Notes under the pieces: model-generated | What the model saw: only the letters and a program-made list of their open reading frames with translations | The model's database searches: none | Told to the model about the DNA's origin: nothing | Made by a program: the position numbers and the translations under genes | NCBI GenBank assembly: GCA_965207535.1 | Contig: CBDBMR010000005.1 | Span: 95,905-159,904, forward strand | Length of the DNA: 64,000 nucleotides | Source: Rhodospirillales bacterium | GTDB lineage: Bacteria > Pseudomonadota > Alphaproteobacteria > Rhodospirillales > UBA2165 | Reading direction: 5' to 3' | Part shown: in pieces, positions 18,125 to 26,253 of the stretch | Numbering within the stretch: position 1 is the stretch's first letter | How the letters are laid out: each line of letters begins with the position of its first letter

Positions 18125-19132
18125 CTATGTCCAGGTTGCAAACGCCATCCCGGTACCGGTTCCCACCTCGGACCGATAGCAGGGCACATAGTCCAGCAGC
18201 GTCATGTCTAGGCCGCTGTCTTCGAGAATGCCGCAGGCGGCAATCCAGTTCTTGATTTCGGACGTTCCGGACTGAAAGGCTTCGTTTCCGTCCCCGGTCA
18301 GGGCGGCGCGGTCGCCCGCCAGCATGGCGTCCAACAGCTTACGGTCGAACGCCTCGTCGATGACGAAATGGGTCAGGCCGCCCGATGCGATCACGGCGAC
18401 GCGGGTGTCCGCTTCCCAGGACCTGATCCCGCGCGCGATGGACCGGCCGATCTCGTAGCACCGCGCGGCGGTCGGCTGGTTGGGCGGAAAATAGGTATTG
18501 ATCAGAATTGGAACAAAGGGGATCGGCCGGTCTTTCAGCAGCCGCCGGTAAATGAAGCCGAAAGCATGCCCGATGGTGCGCGGACCATGCGCATCGGCGG
18601 GCGGCCGCCTGGACGAGGTGACATCGAACCGATCCTCGATGGTTTGCAGGATGATGTGTTCGGCAAGCGCCCCGTCGACCGGATAGTCGGTATCCTCCGC
18701 CGGCCAATAGGACAGGCGGACGGGCAGCATGGGCGGCGGGAGGTTGGGATCGGAGGCATCAACGGCCAGCGCCCGAACCGAACTGCCGTGATAGATGACG
18801 AAGGCCGGCTGTACGTCGTCGAAGAACCATTCCTTTTGGTCGTCGCCGACGATGATCAGCACATCGGGATCGGCCTCCGCGAGCTTCGCGGCCAGCGCAT
18901 CCAGATGCCGTTGGCACGCCGCGTAGCTCGCCTCGCGGTTCTCCGGCGTATCCAGCGCGGTATAGTGCGCCGTATCACGCACCGATTTCAGCTCCTCGAA
19001 GGAGTACATTTCCCCGCGGTAGGGGTGCGCCGGCGCCGCCCGGTCCGCATCCGTCCGGATATCCCAGTGCTCGGGCGCGAGCGAGAGCATCGGACTATGC
19101 GAGGTGCCGATCCCGAGAACGATTTCCGCCAC
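18125..19132 (-). CDS. Class III extradiol ring-cleavage dioxygenase (LigB family)
   Basis: IVLGIGTSHSPML N-terminus and ASGGLTHF motif. The GTG at 19132 has GGAGG 8 nt upstream. Confidence 0.75.
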   Translation of the reverse strand: MAEIVLGIGTSHSPMLSLAPEHWDIRTDADRAAPAHPYRGEMYSFEELKSVRDTAHYTALDTPENREASYAACQRHLDALAAKLAEADPDVLIIVGDDQKEWFFDDVQPAFVIYHGSSVRALAVDASDPNLPPPMLPVRLSYWPAEDTDYPVDGALAEHIILQTIEDRFDVTSSRRPPADAHGPRTIGHAFGFIYRRLLKDRPIPFVPILINTYFPPNQPTAARCYEIGRSIARGIRSWEADTRVAVIASGGLTHFVIDEAFDRKLLDAMLAGDRAALTGDGNEAFQSGTSEIKNWIAACGILEDSGLDMTLLDYVPCYRSEVGTGTGMAFATWT

Positions 19133-19261
19133 GACCAATTCCTCCCCGGCGGTGGTTGTTGATCGGCCTCAAGGATATCGGGTGAGCGCGCGCCCCGACA
19201 GACGCATCCACCGGAGTGTCCGCCCATCGGCTAGCTGAGAGAAGATCGGCGGGATGGAGAC

Positions 19262-19759
19262 TTACGCGTCGCGCAGAACGGCCTCGAAGAACATCAGGGT
19301 TTCCTCGGCGAAGCGCCACATGTTGTCTTCGCGGTCCGCGTGGCCGGTTTCGATGGTGACGGCCCGCTCCAAGGGGCCGGCGGCCGCGATGCAGGTGTGT
19401 CCCGCATCGTCACCATAGCGATTGCCGGTCGGCCCGGCGGCGCCCGCTTCAGCCAATCCCCAGGTCGTGCCCAGCTTCTCGCGAACGGCGGCGGCGGTCA
19501 GCTTGACAAACGGTTCGGAGGCCGAGCGCACACCCGGATGGTCGTCGAGATCGACCTCGAGAAACACGTCGCGCGCCTTGTGGGTATAAATCACCCCGCC
19601 GCCCATGAAGTAGGCCGAGGCGCCGGGAATGCTGAGAAGCGCGGCGGCAACCAGGCCGCCGGTGGACGATTCGGAAACCGCGACCGTCTCGCCGCGGTCC
19701 TTGAGAAGCCGGCCGACCGTCTCCGCCAAGGGCGTCAGTCTGCGGATAGGGTCGGCCAT
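19262..19759 (-). CDS. CinA/PncC-type (nicotinamide-nucleotide amidohydrolase-like) domain protein
   Basis: TVAVSESSTGGLVAAALLSIPGASAYFMGGGVIYTHKAR...GLAEAGAAGP are hallmark CinA C-terminal domain motifs. The start at 19759 is 8 nt after the upstream gene's stop. The track's longer ORF overlaps that gene out of frame. Confidence 0.8.
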   Translation of the reverse strand: MADPIRRLTPLAETVGRLLKDRGETVAVSESSTGGLVAAALLSIPGASAYFMGGGVIYTHKARDVFLEVDLDDHPGVRSASEPFVKLTAAAVREKLGTTWGLAEAGAAGPTGNRYGDDAGHTCIAAAGPLERAVTIETGHADREDNMWRFAEETLMFFEAVLRDA

Positions 19760-19767
19760 CCCGAACG

Positions 19768-20790
19768 CTATTCGGCCGGCAGATATTTCTGCCGGTCGCT
19801 GCGGTCCTTCGACTTGATCGCCGCCAGGACCTTCTCCGCCGTCGCCGGCAAATTGTAGATCCGCGCGCCCACGGCGTCGTAGATGGCGTTGCAGATCGCC
19901 GCCGAGGTGGCGACCGCCGTCGGCTCGCCCACACCCTTGGCGCCGAACGGTCCCGTCGGGTCGAAGTTCTCGACGATGTCGACCTCCAGGTCGGGCATGT
20001 CGAGGCTGGTCGGCATGATGTAGTTGGTGAGATTCGGATTGATCTGTTTGCCCTCGTCGTCGAACAGCATCTCTTCCTGGATCGCCATGCCGACTCCCAT
20101 GGAGATACCGCCCTGAATCTGACCTTCGACCAACATCGGGTTGATCGCGGTACCGCAATCGTGGGCCGCCGCGATTCGCAGAACCTCGACCTCTCCGGTC
20201 TCTTCGTCCACCTCGACCTCCGCGATCTGGGTCGCGTAGACATAGGTGGAGAACGGCTTGCCCTGGCCGGTTTCCGGATCCATCGCGACGGTCGGCGGAT
20301 TGTAGGATGCGGACCCCAGCGCCGGCGTGCCGGCGCCGTTCTGCGCGTGCGCAGCAACCTCGCCGATGGGCAGGCAGGATTGCGGGAAGCCCTTCACCTG
20401 GATCTGCCGGTCCTTGGCCTCGAGCTGGTTGGGACGGACGCCCAGCATCGGCGCCGCGACCTCGAACAGGATGTTCTTGGCCTTTTCGGCCGCGAGCTGG
20501 ATCGCGTTGCCGGTGACATAGGTCGTGCGGCTGGCGATGGCGCCCGTATCCATGGGCGTCGCGTCGGTATCCGCCGAAACCACATGCACGTCATCGGTGG
20601 AGATGCCGAGTTCCTCCGCGGCGATCTGGCCGAGGACAGTGAGCGAGCCCTGGCCCGTTTCCACGGTGCCGGTGATCAGGGTCGCGGTGCCGTCCTCATT
20701 GACCTTCACCGTCGCCGCCGACGGGTTGGCCATCACGGTAAACCCGATCGGATACCACATGCAGCCCATGCCTTTTCCGCGCTTTTTCAT
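19768..20790 (-). CDS. Molybdenum hydroxylase (xanthine dehydrogenase/aldehyde oxidase family) Mo-binding subunit, C-terminal half (M-like subunit)
   Basis: 340 aa: GMGCMWYPIGF...TGTVETGQGSLTVLGQIAAEELG...DTDATPMDTGAIASRTTYVTG...NPMLVEGQIQGG...GAKGVGEP. This corresponds to the second half of a CoxL/XdhB-type subunit. Confidence 0.85.
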   Translation of the reverse strand: MKKRGKGMGCMWYPIGFTVMANPSAATVKVNEDGTATLITGTVETGQGSLTVLGQIAAEELGISTDDVHVVSADTDATPMDTGAIASRTTYVTGNAIQLAAEKAKNILFEVAAPMLGVRPNQLEAKDRQIQVKGFPQSCLPIGEVAAHAQNGAGTPALGSASYNPPTVAMDPETGQGKPFSTYVYATQIAEVEVDEETGEVEVLRIAAAHDCGTAINPMLVEGQIQGGISMGVGMAIQEEMLFDDEGKQINPNLTNYIMPTSLDMPDLEVDIVENFDPTGPFGAKGVGEPTAVATSAAICNAIYDAVGARIYNLPATAEKVLAAIKSKDRSDRQKYLPAE

Positions 20791-22178
20791 TGGCCGTCCT
20801 CCTTCCAGCCGAACCGCTCGGCGGCCTTTTCGAGGGAGTCCTTGACAACCACGCTTTGCAGCACTTGGCCGGTCGGGCTGGCGGAACCTTCATGGAAGGC
20901 GTTCTTCATCCGCAGCTCCAGCGGGTCGATGCCCAGCTTGTGGGCGATCTCGTCCATCTGGGATTCATAGGCGAAGCACACCTGCGGCGCCCCGAACCCG
21001 CGCATGGCGCCGGTCATGGTCTTGTTGGTGTACATGCAGTAGGCCTCGGCGAGCAGGTTCTCGATATTGTACGGCCCCGCCGACAGAATGCAGGCCTTGC
21101 CCAGGGTGGTTTCGCTCCACGAACAGTAGGCGCCGCCGTCCAGGACGAGGCGAACCTTGCGGGCGGTGATCATGCCGTCGTTGGTAACGCCGGTCTTGTA
21201 CTCCATGATGAACGGGTGCCTGGTCGTCGAGGCGATGAATTCCTCTTCGCGGGTATAGACCATTTTCACCGGCCGTCCCGTCTTCCGCGACAGCAGGGCC
21301 AGGGCCGGCTCGGTGGTGATCTCGTTCTTGCCGCCGAAGTTGCCGCCGACGATGGTGCCGACAATGCGGATCTTGTTGATCGGCATATCGAGCGTGCGGG
21401 CAATGTCGGCCCGGCCCAGGGTTATCCGCCCCAGGCTCGACCACAAGGTCACCCGGCCATTGGGGTCCCACTGCGCGATGGACGCATGAGGCTCCAGCGG
21501 CACGTGCTCGATCATCTGGGTCGAGTAGACGCCCTCGAAAATGTGGTCGGCCTCAGCGAAGCCCTTCTCGAGATCGCCTTTCTTGATCCGCTTGGTCGCG
21601 TAGATGTTGCTGTGCGGCGGATGGACCTTGATCTCGTCTTTCATCGCCTCCACCGGATCGTAGACCGGCTCCAGCGGCTTGTACTCGACCTTGATCCTCT
21701 CGCACGCCTCCTCGGCGATCTGTTCGGTCACCGCAGCCACTGCGGCGACCGGGTCACCAGCGTGGAACACGCGTTCGTCGGCCAGGACCGGCTGATCCTG
21801 ATAGGACGGACCATAGGAATTGACCGGAATTTCCTTGCCGACCAGCACCGCCGCTACGCCGGGCATGGCCTCGGCTTCGGAGGTATCGACGGACTTGATC
21901 AACGCCGAGGAAATGCCGGCCCGCTTCATCTTGGCGAACAGCATGTTCGGAAACGTTATGTCGTCGATGTATTTGGTCTGACCCAGGCCGTGCAGGCGGC
22001 CGTCCGGACGGGTCGCCCGCTGGCCCACCGCCGGCGTCTGGTGCCGCGCCTCGGTATCGATGGTCTCGACCGGAAAATGAGCCGGCTCGACGACCGACGG
22101 GAGACGAAGGTCCTCGTCGGTCTCCTTGAGGTCGGTCAGCGAATCCGTCTTATCGGCGACTTTGACATCATCAGTCAT
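20787..22178 (-). CDS. Molybdenum hydroxylase Mo-binding subunit, N-terminal half (a/b-hammerhead plus first MoCo domain; L-like subunit)
   Basis: 463 aa: GLGQTKYIDDITFPNMLFAKMKRA...GGNFGGK...GAMRGFGAPQVCFAYESQMD. It ends 4 nt into the next gene (ATGA overlap at 20787-20790). Confidence 0.85.
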   Translation of the reverse strand: MTDDVKVADKTDSLTDLKETDEDLRLPSVVEPAHFPVETIDTEARHQTPAVGQRATRPDGRLHGLGQTKYIDDITFPNMLFAKMKRAGISSALIKSVDTSEAEAMPGVAAVLVGKEIPVNSYGPSYQDQPVLADERVFHAGDPVAAVAAVTEQIAEEACERIKVEYKPLEPVYDPVEAMKDEIKVHPPHSNIYATKRIKKGDLEKGFAEADHIFEGVYSTQMIEHVPLEPHASIAQWDPNGRVTLWSSLGRITLGRADIARTLDMPINKIRIVGTIVGGNFGGKNEITTEPALALLSRKTGRPVKMVYTREEEFIASTTRHPFIMEYKTGVTNDGMITARKVRLVLDGGAYCSWSETTLGKACILSAGPYNIENLLAEAYCMYTNKTMTGAMRGFGAPQVCFAYESQMDEIAHKLGIDPLELRMKNAFHEGSASPTGQVLQSVVVKDSLEKAAERFGWKEDGQ

Positions 22179-22201
22179 GGTTCAAGCTCCTCTCTGCGCC
22201 C

Positions 22202-22684
22202 TCAGGCGGCTTCCTTCTCGCCGCGGAGAATGCGCGCCGCATCCTGAACAGCTTCGATCATTTTAGTGTAGCCCGTGCACCGGCAAAGATTGCCGGAGAG
22301 CGCGTCCTTGATCTCTTCCTTGGTCGGATCGGGGTTCCTGTCCAACAGCCCCTTGGCGGAGATGATCACGCCGGGGCCGCAGAAACCGCACTGCAGAGAC
22401 GCGAACTCCTCGAACGCCTTCTGGATCGGATGGAGATCCTCCAAGGTCGCCAGGCCTTCGATGGTGACCACATCCCTGCCGTCCACCTGGCCGGCCAGCA
22501 TCAGGCAGGCATTCACCGGGATACCGTCGACGATGACCGTGCAGGCGCCGCAGTCGCCGACATCGCAGCCGAGCTTGGATCCGGTGAGATAAAATTCGTC
22601 CCGGAGCAACCGAAGCAGGCTGGTCTCCGGCGGCACCGATGCCAAGCGTTCTTCGCCGTTGATGGTGAGCGTAACGTCCGTCAT
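22202..22684 (-). CDS. (2Fe-2S)-binding small subunit of the molybdenum hydroxylase
   Basis: GCDVGDCGACTV...QCGFCGPG...NLCRCTGY, the canonical two-cluster CoxS/XdhC-type small subunit. Confidence 0.9.
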   Translation of the reverse strand: MTDVTLTINGEERLASVPPETSLLRLLRDEFYLTGSKLGCDVGDCGACTVIVDGIPVNACLMLAGQVDGRDVVTIEGLATLEDLHPIQKAFEEFASLQCGFCGPGVIISAKGLLDRNPDPTKEEIKDALSGNLCRCTGYTKMIEAVQDAARILRGEKEAA

Positions 22685-22709
22685 GTCCGTTCTCCTTTTC
22701 TCCGCCCGC

Positions 22710-23579
22710 CTAGTCGTTTTGGGCGAGCCGATAGGCGTTGTCGAGCGTGCGCTTGGTCAGCACGGCAATCAGATCCCGGCGGTAGGATGCCGAGGCGCGG
22801 AAGTCGTCGATGGGCTTGGCGTCCTCGACCGCCAGCCGGCCGGCTTCGGCCATGTTCTCAGGGGTGATTTCCCTGCCCTCGAGGAAATCCTCCGCGGCGG
22901 CCGCGCGGATCACCGTCGGCGCCACGGCGCCCAGGCTTATCTTCACGTCCTTGAAGGTGTTTCCCTCGCCGACCCAGAGGGCGGAGGCGGCATTGACGAG
23001 TGCCAGCGCCTGGCCCTTGCGAAGCCCGAATTTCAGGAAGTCGGTGGGCTTGCCCAGGTTCCTCTTCGGAATGATCACGTCGAGCAACACTTCGTTATGC
23101 TCGAGGATGGTCTTGCGGGGGCCGACGAAGAACTCTTCCAGGCCCATGCGGCGGGTACCGTCCGGACCGGCCACCGTCACCTCGGCTTCGAGCGCCATCA
23201 GGGCGGGACCAGAATCCATCGACGGCACGCACGTGACCAGATTGCCCCCGAGGGTTCCAAGGTTCCGGGTCTGCACCGCGCCGATGGTGTGGGCGGCGTG
23301 AACCAAGGCCGGGAAGTTTTCTTGAATGTAGGGGTTATCCATGATCTCGGTGTGGGTGACCAAGGCGCCGATGCGCAGCCCCTCGTCATTCACCTCGATG
23401 CCCTTCAGGTCTTCGGCCCTCGTAATGTCGACGACCACATCCGGGTCGTGCTTGGCGTGTTTGAGATCGACGAGAATGTCCGTCCCGCCGGCGAGCACGA
23501 TGACGTTGGGACCATGTTCGCTCAAAAGGGAAACCGCCTGACCGGCGGACTCCGCAGATACAAAATCAAAGGCCCTCAT
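22710..23579 (-). CDS. FAD-binding medium subunit of the molybdenum hydroxylase (CoxM-like)
   Basis: MRAFDFVSAESAGQAVSLL...VLAGGTDILVDLK...TLGGNL...SASYRRDL. The start at 23579 was chosen at the first Met of the homologous region. Confidence 0.85.
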   Translation of the reverse strand: MRAFDFVSAESAGQAVSLLSEHGPNVIVLAGGTDILVDLKHAKHDPDVVVDITRAEDLKGIEVNDEGLRIGALVTHTEIMDNPYIQENFPALVHAAHTIGAVQTRNLGTLGGNLVTCVPSMDSGPALMALEAEVTVAGPDGTRRMGLEEFFVGPRKTILEHNEVLLDVIIPKRNLGKPTDFLKFGLRKGQALALVNAASALWVGEGNTFKDVKISLGAVAPTVIRAAAAEDFLEGREITPENMAEAGRLAVEDAKPIDDFRASASYRRDLIAVLTKRTLDNAYRLAQND

Positions 23580-23617
23580 TCCTATTTCCTCTACCGGTCG
23601 AAAGGGTCGGGAACCGC

Positions 23618-24343
23618 CTACTGCACGATCGGCGGGTTCTCGAGTACGGCAAACAAACGTTTTTGGGATTTCCTGATGTGCGACCCGATAAGGCTCGCGG
23701 CCTTGGTCTTGTCGCGCGCCTGGATCGCATCGATGATCGCCGCGTGTTCGGCGACCAGCTTCTCCGCCGAACCGTTTCCTCGAGCCGACGACTGCTGGCC
23801 CGAAACGCCCATGAAAGTCAGGCGGTCGAACTGATCGATTACCTCGCAGGCGGTCTTCGCGAGCCGCGTATTGCCGGACAGCCTGGCGACGGCGGTATGG
23901 AAGTCCCGGTTGTAGGTAACCCATGCGGCGAGGCCGTCGGCATCCACCGCCCGGAAAATATCGAGAGAGGCCAACTCTTCGTCGCTCGCCTCTTCGATGG
24001 CGCGGCGGGCACACGCCTTTTCCATCATTATCCGCATCTCATAAAGCTCCCGCGCGTCGGAGACCGAGACAGGCACAACCCGGTAGCCCTTGCGCGGGAG
24101 TACTTCGATGAGACCCTGCTCCTGAAGCCGGAGCAGGGCGTCCCGGACAGGAGACTTGGAAACCCGATAGCGCTGGGCGAGATCGTTTTCCCGAAGCTGA
24201 GCGCCCGGCAGCAGATCACAGCTCAGAATATCCCGACGAATCTGGTCATACACCGTATCCCGCATCAATCCTTGCGGCTGGTCGTCGGTCTGATCTTGAA
24301 TTTGCGGCTGATCAAGCATTTCGAGCGCTCTCTGAAATATCAC
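23618..24343 (-). CDS. GntR family transcriptional regulator, FadR subfamily (wHTH + FCD)
   Basis: LPGAQLRENDLAQRYRVSKSPVRDALLRLQEQGLIEVLPRKGYRV, then a helical FCD-like C-terminus. It is the first gene of the hydroxylase operon. Confidence 0.85.
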   Translation of the reverse strand: MIFQRALEMLDQPQIQDQTDDQPQGLMRDTVYDQIRRDILSCDLLPGAQLRENDLAQRYRVSKSPVRDALLRLQEQGLIEVLPRKGYRVVPVSVSDARELYEMRIMMEKACARRAIEEASDEELASLDIFRAVDADGLAAWVTYNRDFHTAVARLSGNTRLAKTACEVIDQFDRLTFMGVSGQQSSARGNGSAEKLVAEHAAIIDAIQARDKTKAASLIGSHIRKSQKRLFAVLENPPIVQ

Positions 24344-24563
24344 TGCGAAGAATATCTCAGAGTTTATCTTTCAAAGTCAATAGGAAAAACGGATTTGGCC
24401 CTGAAACCACCCTAATAGCATATTTTCTAAATTTATATTTATTAATCAACATGCTAAATAAATATTTTGGCGAAGATCGCGAGAAAGAAATACCAGAAAA
24501 ATTGGCATGGTGATATTCCACAGCACAATTTTGATATCCCAAAATTAAAATTATTCGCCGAAA
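24344..24563. other. Conspicuously AT-rich 220-bp intergenic island (promoter region of the GntR-hydroxylase operon)
   Basis: Runs such as TTTCTAAATTTATATTTATTAATCAACATGCTAAATAAATATTTT and AAAATTAAAATTATT stand out in an otherwise GC-rich window. On the minus strand, TTGACT-N17/18-GATATT lies about 35 nt upstream of the GntR ATG. Confidence 0.6.
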
Positions 24564-26252
24564 TCAGGTTTTCACTGGGTCGGTTTTGAAGCGGATTTTT
24601 CCGCCCGCCGCGTGTTCCAGCCGGGTAACCGTCCGCCAGCGGTCGTCGTCGGCATCCGGGAAATCCAATCGGAAGTGAGCGCCGCGGCTTTCTTCCCGGG
24701 CGCCCGCGGCGGTTGCCAGCAGCCGGCCCAGGAGCGTGAGGTTGGGAATGGAGAGCGCGCTCTCCAGTTCCTGGCCGAGCGTCTTCGCCGATGCCTTGGC
24801 CGCCGGCGAGAGACGCATCGCCGGAATATCTTCGGCCTCGATTCGCTCATATTCGGCCAGCGCCGCAGCGCATTGTTCGGCATCCCGGATCGGCCCCAGC
24901 TTCTCGTGCGCCAGCATGCGGCAGGCCAGCCGGACCTCGGCCTGGAGGGGGCCCTTCTCCCGCGCCATCAGCGCTTTGAGGTTTTCGGCCGCGTCCTCGG
25001 GAAGGCTTACGGCGTCCGGAGCCCGGTGATCCAAGGAGGCCGCCGCGGCGCCCCGGCCGGACCGGCGGCCGAAGGCCAGGGCGTCCGACAAAGCGGATCC
25101 GCCGATGCGGTTGCCGCCGTGCACGCCGCCCGATGTTTCCCCCGCCGCCCACAGACCATCGATCGGGGTTTCGCCATGAACGCCGATCTTCAGACCGCCG
25201 AGCCAGGTATGACTGCCCGGCGCCACCTCGAGGGGCGTCTCGGTCAAGTCGATCCCCCGGTGCAGGCAGGTCCTGTAGACGTGGGGGATGGCCTTCAAGA
25301 TGGTCTCCTTCGGCACGTGGGTGGCATCCATATAGATGCCGCCGGTGAGGCTGGCGTTGCCGGCGTGAATCTCGCGCGCCATGGCGAGGATCACCTCGCT
25401 CCGGGTACTGCGCTCCGCCGTGTCCGGATAGTAGCGCTTCAGGAACTCCTCGCCGTCCCGGTTCTTGAAGATGGCGCCGGCATTGATGAAGCCGGTCGGA
25501 TGCGGCGCGAAGCCGAACAGCTCCTTCGGTGCGCAGCACATGGCCTGAAAGTCGATCATTTCGATCCCGATCAAGGGGGCGCCGGCCCGGAAGCCGAGGG
25601 CGAAGCCGTCGCCGGTGACCTGGGGCGGATTGTCGTTCACATAGAACAGGCCGCTGCCGCCGCCGGTGCAAAGAATGACCTGGGAGGCCGCATAGGCCAC
25701 GAGGCGCCCTTCCCCGTAATCGACGCCCCAGGCGCCGGCCACCCGGTCCCCGTCCTTCACGAGATCGACAATGGCCGTCAGTGAGTGCTTGTCGATGCGC
25801 GTGTCCGCCCGGAGCCGCTTGGACAGCGTCTTGGTCACCATATTGCCGGTGGTGTCGTGATGGTGCACGGCGCGGGGCAGGGTGTGGTTGGGAAACATTT
25901 TGAGGTCCAATTCGCCGTCGCCGCCGCGCACGAATTCGGCGCCCCACGCTTCCAGGTCCCGGACAATGGGGATGATGTCCTCGCACCAGGCGCGCGCCAG
26001 ATCGGGGTCGATCAGCTCCCCGCCATGTTCAAGGATTTCCTCGAGGTGCTTCCCGGGGGAATCTTCCTTGCCCATGGCCGCCGCAAATCCGCCGCGGGCG
26101 ACCGTGGTCGTTCCGGACGTCGCCCGGCCCTTGGTGACCTGGATGACCGGCACGCCGGCCTCGGCGCATTCGAAGGCCGCCATGGTGCCGGCCGCGCCGC
26201 CGCCGATGATCAGGACGCCGGTCTTGAAGTTCCTGGTTTCCATCCCGGCCAT
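24564..26252 (-). CDS. FAD-dependent oxidoreductase of the succinate dehydrogenase/fumarate reductase/L-aspartate oxidase flavoprotein family
   Basis: GVLIIGGGAAGTMAA dinucleotide motif, GLWAAGETSGGVHGGNRIGGSALSD, and a C-terminal helical domain with ESRGAHFR. Confidence 0.8.
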   Translation of the reverse strand: MAGMETRNFKTGVLIIGGGAAGTMAAFECAEAGVPVIQVTKGRATSGTTTVARGGFAAAMGKEDSPGKHLEEILEHGGELIDPDLARAWCEDIIPIVRDLEAWGAEFVRGGDGELDLKMFPNHTLPRAVHHHDTTGNMVTKTLSKRLRADTRIDKHSLTAIVDLVKDGDRVAGAWGVDYGEGRLVAYAASQVILCTGGGSGLFYVNDNPPQVTGDGFALGFRAGAPLIGIEMIDFQAMCCAPKELFGFAPHPTGFINAGAIFKNRDGEEFLKRYYPDTAERSTRSEVILAMAREIHAGNASLTGGIYMDATHVPKETILKAIPHVYRTCLHRGIDLTETPLEVAPGSHTWLGGLKIGVHGETPIDGLWAAGETSGGVHGGNRIGGSALSDALAFGRRSGRGAAAASLDHRAPDAVSLPEDAAENLKALMAREKGPLQAEVRLACRMLAHEKLGPIRDAEQCAAALAEYERIEAEDIPAMRLSPAAKASAKTLGQELESALSIPNLTLLGRLLATAAGAREESRGAHFRLDFPDADDDRWRTVTRLEHAAGGKIRFKTDPVKT

Positions 26253-26253
26253 C

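Noticed and set aside
19262-20158. Long (298-aa) version of the CinA-like ORF, and the 302-aa ORF 19449..20357
   Set aside because: The N-terminal 133 residues overlap the Mo-subunit C-half gene in another frame and are Arg/Gly-rich. CinA homology starts at the Met at 19759.
24357-24542. 61-aa ORF inside the AT-rich island
   Set aside because: There is no RBS. Its composition simply mirrors AT-rich DNA (Lys/Phe/Asn/Tyr-rich) and I recognise no conservation signal. I treat the region as regulatory or non-coding.
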